Below the pieces are notes generated by a model. It was not told the origin of the DNA, ran no database searches, and saw only the letters and a program-made list of their open reading frames with translations. Below, piece after piece: positions 16,694 through 25,007 of a stretch of DNA of 37,551 nt (positions within the stretch are counted from its first letter, which is position 1; every line of letters begins with the position of its first letter). This DNA is from a virus (taxonomy: Duplodnaviria > Caudoviricetes): positions 1 to 37,551 of the IMG/VR virus record IMGVR_UViG_3300021425_000081, one strand, 5' to 3'. Position numbers and translations under genes: made by a program.

Positions 16694-17287
16694 ATGGCGG
16701 AAACCGAACTGGCGATCCAGCAGGGTAAGACGTTTGTAAGAACGCTCCGGTGGGAAAGCGCACCAATTGAATACGAGGAAATCACAGGCATCGACAAGAC
16801 GGCGCCCGTGAGCATCACTGTGCCTGGTCACGCGATACCCGACGGGTGGCGAGTCGCCATTGTCTCGGTGCGCGGCATGACAGAAATCAACGCAAGCACG
16901 CCACCCAAAACAAAGGAATACCTAAAGGCCACAGTCGTAAGCCCTGATCGCATTGAGATCAACACGCTGAACGCGTCAGGATTTAGCGCATACCAGGGCG
17001 GCGGATTTGTTCAATACAACACGCCGGTGCCCCTGGATGGCTACACCGCCAGGATGACGATCAAGGATCGGATGCGAGGGACTGAGCTAACCACCCTCAC
17101 CACGGAAAACGGTCGAATTACCCTCGATCCCGTCAACTACGTCATACAGCTAAAGATCGAAGCCACAGAAACCGCAACATTTGACTGGACGACCGGTGTT
17201 TACGACCTAGAAATGGTCAGCCCCGACGGCACAGTTAGCCAGCTAATTTACGGCACAGTGACCGTCTCACCAGAGGTCACCACATGA
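16694..17287 (+). CDS. Virion structural adaptor protein (first gene of the fibre cassette)
   Basis: IQQGKTF...GYTARMTIK...VYDLEMV...LIYG.V.V.PEVT beta-sandwich pattern with an inserted ITGI...H...G..V...V.GMTEIN beta domain. Confidence 0.6.
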   Translation: MAETELAIQQGKTFVRTLRWESAPIEYEEITGIDKTAPVSITVPGHAIPDGWRVAIVSVRGMTEINASTPPKTKEYLKATVVSPDRIEINTLNASGFSAYQGGGFVQYNTPVPLDGYTARMTIKDRMRGTELTTLTTENGRITLDPVNYVIQLKIEATETATFDWTTGVYDLEMVSPDGTVSQLIYGTVTVSPEVTT

Positions 17288-17886
17288 CCAATGGCGTGGA
17301 TACCGTATCACTCAAGGAAATCACCACAACCGTCGTCGAAGAAAAAACCAGCGACGCCGTAATCGGTGAGAGTCCTGCGTACACGGTCGCCACGCCAGCG
17401 GAAGCAGAAACAGCAGTAATCGAAACACAACAGTCATCGGTTTACGCCGAGGTCACAGAACAAGCGGTAACCACACTCGGCCAGATCGGCCCACAAGGGC
17501 AACCAGGCGAAACAGGACCGCCAGGTCCAGAGGGCCAGCCAGGCCCGCAGGGAGCGCCAGGAACCGGACTAAGCCCATCGGTGCGGGTATTCGTGCCAAT
17601 TGGCGCCACGGCGATTGTGGAAGCCCTAAACGCGTCCGTGATCCGTTCGTGCAAATGGATCATCACGACAACAGCCACCAACCGCCAGCACTTCAGGATG
17701 AGTGAAATCCTCGCACTTAACGACGGCCAAGCATCACACCACATCGAGTACGGAATTCTTGGCGCAGACGTTCAGTACACGGCAGACGTTGCCATGGAGG
17801 ACGACTCTTTTTTTTTACGCATCACAAACAACGACACCGAACAGCTAATGGTTGACGCCGTTCGAGTCGGAAACCTAGCCACCTAA
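17284..17886 (+). CDS. Fibre protein with collagen-like segment
   Basis: GQIGPQGQPGETGPPGPEGQPGPQGAPGTG Gly-X-Y run; C-terminal domain paralogous to that of the next gene. Confidence 0.75.
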   Translation: MTNGVDTVSLKEITTTVVEEKTSDAVIGESPAYTVATPAEAETAVIETQQSSVYAEVTEQAVTTLGQIGPQGQPGETGPPGPEGQPGPQGAPGTGLSPSVRVFVPIGATAIVEALNASVIRSCKWIITTTATNRQHFRMSEILALNDGQASHHIEYGILGADVQYTADVAMEDDSFFLRITNNDTEQLMVDAVRVGNLAT

Positions 17887-17898
17887 AGGAGAAACACC

Positions 17899-19173
17899 AT
17901 GGCTCTATCATTTTTTAACGTCGAGCGCGGCTTTTTACACAACAATGCCGCCATCATCGCCGGCGCAGGCGCACCTTCGGGGACAGGCGACAGCGCAGAA
18001 GTCCTCATCGGTTCGATTTACCAGGACACCGCCACCGGTGATATGTACATCAAGAAGGTGGCCGGTGCAGGCGCCGACAACTGGGAAAAGCTCGCAGTAA
18101 CAGGCGACATCACCAACCAGCTATCGTTCCGTGAGCCCGCGCACGTTGCCGGCATGGAGACTACGCTGCCAACAGGCACAGCCGGTCAGACCATCGACAT
18201 CGATGGCGTCACTATCGAAGACGGGCACCGCGTCCTGTTTAAGATGCTCGACACCAACCCCAACGTATACACCTACGACCAGGCAAGCGGCACGTTCGTC
18301 GAAGACAACAACGCCGCCACAGCAGGCGATATGGTTTACATCGTCGGCGGTTCGTCAGGCGGTCAGACTTTTAGCTACAACGGCACCGACTGGGTACTCT
18401 CAAACCAGAGCAACCTCGAGGAGCAAAACTTCATCCGCACCTTCATCGGTAAAGGCGCAGAGGGAAGCGAACTCCCACAATACTCATCGACCACATTCGT
18501 CACAAACGGCGACAACCTGGAAACTGCTATCGGCAAATTAGACGCCCAGGCAGACCAGAACGCCGACGACATCGTCAGCGAAGCAACGATCCGAGCCAAC
18601 ACTGACTCAGACTTGCAAGACGAGATCGATGACACTCAGACCGGCGCAGGCTTAAACGCCGACGGCACGTACAGCGCAAACAGCGGCTCCAACTACCTGA
18701 CAACGGCGACCAGCCTCAAGTCAGCGGACAACCTGCTCGACGCGCAGTTAAAGTCGACCACGGACAACCTCGAATCACTCGAGACAACCGTTAACGCGGC
18801 GACAGCCAAGCTAGATCGCGCACGTACAGAAAGCGACGAGCAAGCCGTCACATTAGCAACGACTGTCGACAGCATCGCTGTGGACACCGTAGCGGCGTGC
18901 AAGTGGACAATCCACGTCCAGGGCAACCAGGCGGGCGAGCAAAACAAAAAGCAAGTCGTCGAGATCCTGGCGACTCACGACGGCACAAGCTCATCCGACG
19001 CAACCGACACCGACTACACCGTTTATTCAAAGCTCCGCATGGGCGGCAACCTCCAGGGCTTGAACTTTTCAGTAGACGTTAGCGGCTCAGGCGCGGCACA
19101 GGTTATGCGCCTGCGTGTTTCATCAACGGCATCGGTAGACGTTCGCGCTACGCGTGAGGTGATCAACTTCTAA
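17899..19173 (+). CDS. Fibre protein (beta domains, coiled coil, C-terminal connector-like domain)
   Basis: AGGAG RBS; G/T/S/D-rich; IDGVTIEDGHRVL; LETAIGKLD and LKSADNLLD coiled-coil repeats. Confidence 0.7.
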   Translation: MALSFFNVERGFLHNNAAIIAGAGAPSGTGDSAEVLIGSIYQDTATGDMYIKKVAGAGADNWEKLAVTGDITNQLSFREPAHVAGMETTLPTGTAGQTIDIDGVTIEDGHRVLFKMLDTNPNVYTYDQASGTFVEDNNAATAGDMVYIVGGSSGGQTFSYNGTDWVLSNQSNLEEQNFIRTFIGKGAEGSELPQYSSTTFVTNGDNLETAIGKLDAQADQNADDIVSEATIRANTDSDLQDEIDDTQTGAGLNADGTYSANSGSNYLTTATSLKSADNLLDAQLKSTTDNLESLETTVNAATAKLDRARTESDEQAVTLATTVDSIAVDTVAACKWTIHVQGNQAGEQNKKQVVEILATHDGTSSSDATDTDYTVYSKLRMGGNLQGLNFSVDVSGSGAAQVMRLRVSSTASVDVRATREVINF

Positions 19174-19478
19174 TGAGCTTAGAGCGGGCATTCGAGACTG
19201 ACGAGCTTTTAATCCAGGAAAAGGCCAGCATCCTAACGGGTGCTGCCGACCCCAGGACAGTCCCCTACGCCCGCCCAATCGGTTCAATTTACCTCCGCAC
19301 AGACGGAACGCTATGGCAAAAAACCGGTCTCCTGGCTAACGAATGGTCCCAAGTGCAAGGCGGTGAGGGACCAGGACCAGGGACCGGTGACTCTTTCGGC
19401 AACGCTGACGGAGGATTTGCAGATTCTATCTACGGCGGGATCACACCAGTAGACGGAGGGAATGCCAGTGGCAGTTAA
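19173..19478 (+). CDS. Short fibre segment protein
   Basis: PIGSIYLRTDGTLWQKTG...W resembles LIGSIYQDTATGDMYIKK...W of the previous gene; ends with two DGG motifs. Confidence 0.65.
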   Translation: MSLERAFETDELLIQEKASILTGAADPRTVPYARPIGSIYLRTDGTLWQKTGLLANEWSQVQGGEGPGPGTGDSFGNADGGFADSIYGGITPVDGGNASGS

Positions 19479-19755
19479 CATTCAACTCCGACGTGACTCG
19501 GCCACGCAATGGGCAACCGTTAACCCTGTCATTGCAGAAGGGGAACTCGGCTACGAGTTAGACACGGGCAAGATTAAGGTCGGGAACGGCATCGATGCCT
19601 GGAATGACCTCCCGTATCGGATGACAAAAGAACACGGGGACTTGTCTGGGCGAGCAGATCCAGACCAGCACCCAATCAACGCAATTACCAACCTGCAAAG
19701 CTCACTAGATGAAAAGCTGGACCCGTTCAGCACGATCGACGCGGGCGCATTTTAA
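19462..19755 (+). CDS. Short fibre segment with Mtd N-terminal/hyaluronidase-N-like domain
   Basis: IQLRRDSATQWATVNPVIAEGELGYELDTGKIKVGNG...WNDLPY; HPINAITNL repeat; ends IDAGAF. Confidence 0.75.
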   Translation: MPVAVNIQLRRDSATQWATVNPVIAEGELGYELDTGKIKVGNGIDAWNDLPYRMTKEHGDLSGRADPDQHPINAITNLQSSLDEKLDPFSTIDAGAF

Positions 19756-19767
19756 AGAGGCTAAGTC

Positions 19768-20604
19768 ATGACACAAACCATCAAGATCAAGCGCAGTACA
19801 GTCACATCGGTACCTAGCTCGCTTCAAAACGGCGAACTCGCGTACTCGGAGAACAGCAAAAAGCTATTCATCGGACGACCAGGCGGCACGACCGGCGACG
19901 TTGATGCGATCGGCGGCAAGTTTTATACCAACCTGGTCGACAGCAACAGCGACAACTGGACCACCGCATACAACAACCAGGTCGTCTCGGTTGGTTTCGA
20001 TAGCGATGGCGTTTTAACGCTGGGTCAGCAGGACGGCGGGACACTTACCGTCGACCTTGACGGCCGCTACCTTCAGAGCTACGCCGAGACAGACACGCTA
20101 GACAGCGTTACAGACCGCGGCGCAAGCACCACTAACTCCCTCACAGTGGGCGGATTGACCATCTCAGGCGACCTCGTAGTCTCGGGCACCACGACGAGCG
20201 TGAACACCGAGGAAGTCAACATCGCCGACAACTTCCTCCTGCTCAACAGCAACTTTTCAGGATCGGCCTCGGAAAACGCCGGCATCGAGATTAACCGCGG
20301 CTCCGACGCCAACGTCTCTATCCGATACAACGAAACCGACGACGCCTGGGAGCTAACCAACGACGGCTCGAACTTCAACGCCATTGCAACGGGCGCGTCA
20401 GTCCGAACCGACCAGGAAATCATCGACCTATCCACTGGCGGCTCGCAGACCAATATCAGCGTGACAGACGGCGGCACAGGCGTGGACTTTTCGGTAGCAA
20501 CAGCGACAGCAAGCGTCCTAGGTGTTGCGAGCTTCGCATCGCCAGACTTTAGCGTCTCAGCCGGCGCCGTTTCGCTCAACCAGGTAGACGGCGGCACGTT
20601 CTAA
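19768..20604 (+). CDS. Fibre segment protein
   Basis: N-terminal IKIKRS...PSSLQNGELAYS; TLDSVTDRG; GDLVVSGTTTSVN...IADN...AGIEINRG; ends VDGGTF. Confidence 0.75.
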   Translation: MTQTIKIKRSTVTSVPSSLQNGELAYSENSKKLFIGRPGGTTGDVDAIGGKFYTNLVDSNSDNWTTAYNNQVVSVGFDSDGVLTLGQQDGGTLTVDLDGRYLQSYAETDTLDSVTDRGASTTNSLTVGGLTISGDLVVSGTTTSVNTEEVNIADNFLLLNSNFSGSASENAGIEINRGSDANVSIRYNETDDAWELTNDGSNFNAIATGASVRTDQEIIDLSTGGSQTNISVTDGGTGVDFSVATATASVLGVASFASPDFSVSAGAVSLNQVDGGTF

Positions 20605-20641
20605 TCAAAGCCCAGGCTAAATAGCCAGGAAGGGAGGCCAT

Positions 20642-21253
20642 ATGGCAAGCACCATCCAGATAAAGCGATCGGCCGTCGCAGGGAAAACTCCAACAACGAG
20701 TGACCTTGTGGCGGGCGAATTCGCCATCAATACCTTCGACGGCAAGGTTTACATCAAGAAGATCCAGGGGGGCACGGAAAGCATCGTCGAAGTCGGTGCC
20801 GGTGGAAGCGGTCCCGCCACAACGCCTCTCTGCAAAGTGCGGGGCAGAGTAAACGACCTTCTTAATAACTCAACCGATTTTACGGTGCGGGCGGTTTTCA
20901 ACGCCACGCCGCTCATCAACGTGGGCGGATTTAGCGTTAGCACAACCGCAATCGAGGTACCCAGTACAGGTAAGTACCTTTGCGCTGCCGACATCTTTCT
21001 CGACAACGATAAAGAAAGGGCAAACGTCGGTATGTCCTGGGCCGTCAACAGCACAAGGCAAATCGGCACAGCCGCGACAGCCTACGTCAGAGATAGAGAT
21101 GGACACAACGAGTCATCGCTTCACTTGACCGAGGTGCTTGATTTAGTGGCCGGCGACGAAGTCCAGCTGATGTTTGCCAGGATTGCTAGGTCGGGCAACG
21201 ACGACCTCGTCACCAGAACAGAAAGCTCAGTCAGCATCATAAAACTACCGTAG
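20642..21253 (+). CDS. Distal fibre segment with probable C1q/TNF-like tip
   Basis: N-terminal IQIKRSAVAGKTP..SDLVAGEFAINTFDG; C-terminal F....IEVPSTGKY...VLDLVAGDEVQL. Confidence 0.72.
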   Translation: MASTIQIKRSAVAGKTPTTSDLVAGEFAINTFDGKVYIKKIQGGTESIVEVGAGGSGPATTPLCKVRGRVNDLLNNSTDFTVRAVFNATPLINVGGFSVSTTAIEVPSTGKYLCAADIFLDNDKERANVGMSWAVNSTRQIGTAATAYVRDRDGHNESSLHLTEVLDLVAGDEVQLMFARIARSGNDDLVTRTESSVSIIKLP

Positions 21254-21262
21254 AGGGCAACC

Positions 21263-21883
21263 ATGGCATACGTGAAGCTAACGGATGGAATACCGTCCTA
21301 TTACTCGCTCGGATTATTGCGCCGAGAACACCAGGAGCTACAGCAGGTCGAGTCGTTAACCGAGGGCGAACTAGCCGCATACAACGTCTACCCCGCAATC
21401 GAGGACCCAGAGCCCGACTACGACCACAAAATGCAAACAGCAGAACAGCAGTACGACTACATCGACGATGCCTGGCGGATAACCTGGTCGGTCCAGGACA
21501 AGCCCATGGCAGAACGCCAGGCCATCGTAAACGAAAGAATCAAGCGTGATCGCAAGGCGAAAGAAGAAATCGGAATCTCCTGGACTGACGTGAAGGGCGA
21601 CACATTCTTTTTTGACACCAGCCAAGATTCCCAACAGCGACACGCAGGCGCCGTCGCCTCAATCAACGCCAAGATGAGAACAGACGGGATATGGAAATGC
21701 TCCAACGTCCACGGCAATACCGTGTTTCGGCAGACGACCAATAACGAGCTACTCAACATTAGCCAGCTGGTCCACGACCATATCCAGCTGTGCTTTGAAG
21801 CCGAGGCCGCTGCCAGCGCAAAGGTCGCCGGCGAGGACCTAACCGCAAACTTCGAAGACGAGTACAACAACCTGACCGGTTGA
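21263..21883 (+). CDS. Fibre assembly/accessory protein (DUF4376-like)
   Basis: PDYDHKMQ...WSVQD, then R...E..GI...FDT...SQ...WK...HIQLCFEAE; last gene of the fibre cassette. Confidence 0.65.
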   Translation: MAYVKLTDGIPSYYSLGLLRREHQELQQVESLTEGELAAYNVYPAIEDPEPDYDHKMQTAEQQYDYIDDAWRITWSVQDKPMAERQAIVNERIKRDRKAKEEIGISWTDVKGDTFFFDTSQDSQQRHAGAVASINAKMRTDGIWKCSNVHGNTVFRQTTNNELLNISQLVHDHIQLCFEAEAAASAKVAGEDLTANFEDEYNNLTG

Positions 21884-22037
21884 AAGTCCAGGACTACCTG
21901 TTTTTCTAAAGCCAAAAACCGGCTTTCAGTAGATATTCGTACATATTACCGGTATATACAAGGAACGTACCGGAAAAACATCAATCACTGACCGGTACGC
22001 TTTAGGAGGATACAAGCATGAGAACCATAAAACCGGT
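21875..22037 (+). promoter_or_regulatory. AT-rich control region with six ACCGG boxes
   Basis: ACCGGN at 21875, 21918, 21948, 21969, 21991 and 22032; AGGAGG RBS before 22018. Promoter hexamers not clearly resolved. Confidence 0.55.
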
Positions 22038-22287
22038 CATGCGAGTCAAGAAGCTCAACTACGACCGAAAAATAAAATGGCTGTTTAACAGCGAAGAAAC
22101 CGAACTCCAGGCGCAGGTCACAAACCACTTCGGGTCATTCATTGGCAACGAGTGGACGGCCGAGGATTGCCAGCGATTCGAGGACTCACTCAAAGAGGAC
22201 CTCACGGTGCGCGAATACCTGGAAACCAGCTGGTCCCCTTACGGGCCAACAACACCAACCCAACTCGACCTAGGAGGTGTGGCATGA
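22018..22287 (+). CDS. Hypothetical protein
   Basis: AGGAGG RBS; stop overlaps the next ATG. Confidence 0.7.
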   Translation: MRTIKPVMRVKKLNYDRKIKWLFNSEETELQAQVTNHFGSFIGNEWTAEDCQRFEDSLKEDLTVREYLETSWSPYGPTTPTQLDLGGVA

Positions 22288-22604
22288 CACAGCGCGATCG
22301 ATTGCGTGAATTTTTTGACCAGGGGAACACCCTCAACAGGCTCGACGCTTGGCGGCAATTGGGAATTCTCGAAGCACCGGCCCGCATTAGCGAGCTTCGG
22401 AGCGAGGGCTACCCGATCGAAACCAAGATGGTCACGGTGATGAACCGCTACGGCGAGAAGGTCCGAGTCGCCCGATGGGCCAAGACCGGCACCCCGTCAC
22501 CTTGCCCCAGGTGCCACGGCAACCGGATCGAGCCAGGCTTTGTCGGCATGGCGCCGGACTGCTCCGAGTGCAACGGCCAGGGGGTGATCGATGAATCTGA
22601 TTGA
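22284..22604 (+). CDS. Winged-HTH protein with C-terminal zinc finger
   Basis: Start at 22284 (AGGAGG, ATGA overlap): MTQRDRL...LGILEAPARISELRSEGYPIET; CPRCHG...CSECNGQG. Confidence 0.75.
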   Translation: MTQRDRLREFFDQGNTLNRLDAWRQLGILEAPARISELRSEGYPIETKMVTVMNRYGEKVRVARWAKTGTPSPCPRCHGNRIEPGFVGMAPDCSECNGQGVIDESD

Positions 22605-22905
22605 GCAAGCCCTAGGCAAATCCATGTACCAAACGGCGCCATCAAGCGACCTGTCCGTCAACGCCCGCGCATTGCTCAAGCAAATCAGCGGCACAACGGA
22701 ATCTGCGATCGAAGACAGTCGAAAGGCCATCGCCGCCTGGAAGCAGGGGAGACCGCTAAAGGCTCGCGACTTCAGCCCAAAACCATGGGACGCCGGATGG
22801 ACCGACGTGACTGACGAACCTATGGCCGACGTCATCGCCCTCGTCGAGTGCGGGCAGATTTTCTGCACCAAAGTCGACAAGCGATGGTTTGCGAGATCCC
22901 TATGA
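22591..22905 (+). CDS. Hypothetical protein
   Basis: Overlaps both neighbours in the operon; no family recognised. Confidence 0.55.
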   Translation: MNLIEQALGKSMYQTAPSSDLSVNARALLKQISGTTESAIEDSRKAIAAWKQGRPLKARDFSPKPWDAGWTDVTDEPMADVIALVECGQIFCTKVDKRWFARSL

Positions 22906-23072
22906 TCGAGGCCATTCACAGCGAGCTGTTCGAACTTCGCCAGGAGTTACGAAAGCTCGAAGAAACCAACGAAAGAACCCAGCGCATGATGACGGTGGTC
23001 AACAACAGCATCGAGACCCTGGACAAAGTGCGCCGATACGAGATGGCAAAAGCCACTAGGAGTGCAAAATGA
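22902..23072 (+). CDS. Small coiled-coil protein
   Basis: ATGA overlaps at both ends; MIEAIHSELFELRQELRKLEETNER. Confidence 0.6.
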   Translation: MIEAIHSELFELRQELRKLEETNERTQRMMTVVNNSIETLDKVRRYEMAKATRSAK

Positions 23073-23479
23073 GTTTTACACAACAACATACCCACATCAT
23101 CGGCAACCTTGGGAGCGACCCCGAGATCCGATCCACACAGGACGGTACCTGCATCGCCAACCTCAGCGTTGCGGTCAGCGAAAAGTACAAGGACCGCAAC
23201 GGCCAGCCAGTCGAGGAAACGACCTGGTTCCGCGTCGCGATGTTCGGCCGGCTGGCTGAGGTCGCCAGGGACTACGCCGAGAAAGGCGAAAAGGTCTACG
23301 TCGCAGGCAAGATCAAGACCCGTTCCTACCTCAAGGCCGGCGTCGAAACCTGGACCTGGGACCTCAAGGCAACGCAATTCGGATTGTTAGGCGAACGCAA
23401 GGACGCTCAGACGGGCGCTGTAACGCCCACAGGCAACACGCAATTTGAATCAGTCCCAGACGACGACATCCCATTCTAA
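23069..23479 (+). CDS. ssb: Single-stranded DNA-binding protein
   Basis: IIGNLGSDPEIR, TTWFRV..FG.LAE, KG..VYVAGKI.TR and C-terminal DDDIPF. Confidence 0.95.
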   Translation: MSFTQQHTHIIGNLGSDPEIRSTQDGTCIANLSVAVSEKYKDRNGQPVEETTWFRVAMFGRLAEVARDYAEKGEKVYVAGKIKTRSYLKAGVETWTWDLKATQFGLLGERKDAQTGAVTPTGNTQFESVPDDDIPF

Positions 23480-23498
23480 ATTGCACACCGTGCAAACC

Positions 23499-23522
23499 AG
23501 GGGGCCTTACCGGCCCCCTTTT
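23499..23522 (+). terminator. Rho-independent terminator
   Basis: AGGGGGCC-ttacc-GGCCCCCT then a T-rich tail, after ssb. Confidence 0.75.
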
Positions 23523-23528
23523 ACTTTG

Positions 23529-23573
23529 GCGGAAGTTTCCCAAGTAGTACGCAACCCCCACCGGCTCAAAAAT
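23529..23573 (+). promoter_or_regulatory. Putative activator-dependent late promoter (head genes)
   Basis: GCGGAAGTTTCCCA, identical to 27051-27064, with AAAAAT at +39. Confidence 0.6.
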
Positions 23574-23601
23574 GGCACCGAACCCAATGCGGCGAGGCGT
23601 C

Positions 23602-24630
23602 ATGAAATCTATTCACATTTTCAGAGCGGGCACGCACACCAGCGCCGGCGGTAACACGCTGGACTTCAGTGCCGATGCGCTCCAGGCAACAGCCGAAAGC
23701 TACAACCCAACAATCAGCGAAGCGCCGATCGTAGTCGGGCACCCGAAAGACAACGGGCCCGCATTCGGATGGATCGATGCGCTCGAATTCAACGAATCAG
23801 GACTCCACGCGAAACCACGCCAGGTCAATGGCGACTTTGCAGAGCAAGTCCAGAACGGCGCCTACAAAAAGGTCAGCGCGTCGTTTTATGCACCAGACGC
23901 ACCGAGCAACCCAACGCCAGGCACCTACTACCTTCGACACGTTGGGTTTTTAGGAGCTATGCCGCCAGCCCTAAAGGGCCTCGAGGCGGTGCAATTTAGT
24001 GAGACCGAGGAAGGCGTCGTCGAGTTTTCAGTAGCCATCGATGCCGGCCAGGAATTCGACCAGGAGCAAACACTGCTGGATCGCATTGCCAGTTATTTCG
24101 GACTCATACCCTCCGATCAACAAACAGACGACCTAGTGTCGACGCAGGAGCAAACCATGAACCAAGAGCAAGTCGATCAGGCACGCGCAGACCTCGAAGC
24201 TGAACGCGCCGAACTAGAGTCGCAGAAAGCAGAATTTGCAGAGCGACTCGCTGCCGAGAACGCACGAATCCAGGAAGCCCGAGTGGCTGATTTCCAGGAG
24301 CGAGTTACCGGCCTAGTAGACAGCGGACGCATCACGCCCGCTAACGCCGAGCGCGTCCTGGCATTCGCAAAGAGCCTCGACCACAACGCAGTGGTGGAGT
24401 TTGGCGAAGGCGAAGACGACAAGATGGGATCAGCCGAGTTGCTGTTCGCCATCCTCGAGAGCCAGACAGAAGGCCCATCGTTCAACGAAGCCGCACCAAG
24501 CGAAGGCGCTGAACCCGAGTCTTTAACCGATAACCAAATTGCCGAGCAAGCACTCACCTATCGCAACGCGCAAAAGGCACGCGGTATCGACGTTTCATTC
24601 ACCGAAGCTGTCCAGGCAGTCAATCAGTAA
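23602..24630 (+). CDS. Prohead protease/scaffold (Mu gpI-like)
   Basis: IHIFRAGTH, APIVVGHP...PAFGW, YKKVSASFY and LRHVGFLGA.PPA.KGL; coiled-coil C-terminal half. Likely start 23602 (GAGG). Confidence 0.9.
   Translation: MKSIHIFRAGTHTSAGGNTLDFSADALQATAESYNPTISEAPIVVGHPKDNGPAFGWIDALEFNESGLHAKPRQVNGDFAEQVQNGAYKKVSASFYAPDAPSNPTPGTYYLRHVGFLGAMPPALKGLEAVQFSETEEGVVEFSVAIDAGQEFDQEQTLLDRIASYFGLIPSDQQTDDLVSTQEQTMNQEQVDQARADLEAERAELESQKAEFAERLAAENARIQEARVADFQERVTGLVDSGRITPANAERVLAFAKSLDHNAVVEFGEGEDDKMGSAELLFAILESQTEGPSFNEAAPSEGAEPESLTDNQIAEQALTYRNAQKARGIDVSFTEAVQAVNQ
24157..24630 (+). CDS. Scaffolding protein from an in-frame internal start (Mu gpZ-like)
   Basis: AGGAG-caaacc-ATG at 24157, in frame, exactly where the coiled coil begins. 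Confidence 0.65.
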   Translation: MNQEQVDQARADLEAERAELESQKAEFAERLAAENARIQEARVADFQERVTGLVDSGRITPANAERVLAFAKSLDHNAVVEFGEGEDDKMGSAELLFAILESQTEGPSFNEAAPSEGAEPESLTDNQIAEQALTYRNAQKARGIDVSFTEAVQAVNQ

Positions 24631-24642
24631 AGGAGAACCACC

Positions 24643-24993
24643 ATGGCACAACCACGCCACATCAAAACCTTCGTCGCGCCTGCCTCAGTAGCCGGTCGAT
24701 CACTCGTCACTTTCGGTGCCGCAGACGGCGAAGTAGCAGTAGCAACCGCCGCAACTGACACGCTTATCGGCGTAGCAGAGCGCATCGGAAGCCGTGACAA
24801 CAACCGCGTCGACGTCGTCATTGGCGGCATCGCGGAATCAGTAGCTGGGGGAAACATCACTCGCGGCGACATCTTAACCACCAACGCATCGGGCCAGGCC
24901 ATAACGGCAGGCGCAGGTGATCGTGTTATCGGAATCGCGCTGGTTAGCGCGGTTGCAGGCGACCACATCGATGTACTTATCGCCCAGGGCTAA
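24643..24993 (+). CDS. Capsid decoration/cement protein (DUF2190-like)
   Basis: Small A/G/V-rich protein with AGGNITRGD.L...A.G.A...IGIAL..A..GD.I.V; between protease and capsid. Confidence 0.8.
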   Translation: MAQPRHIKTFVAPASVAGRSLVTFGAADGEVAVATAATDTLIGVAERIGSRDNNRVDVVIGGIAESVAGGNITRGDILTTNASGQAITAGAGDRVIGIALVSAVAGDHIDVLIAQG

Positions 24994-25007
24994 AGGAGTA
25001 AAACCAC

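Noticed and set aside
19462-19755. Diversity-generating retroelement suggested by the Mtd-like domain
   Set aside because: Only the N-terminal adaptor domain is present; no reverse transcriptase or template/variable repeat pair was seen.
23481-23495. TTGCAC-ACC-GTGCAA inverted repeat after ssb
   Set aside because: Only 6 bp, single copy, next to a better terminator; no function can be supported.
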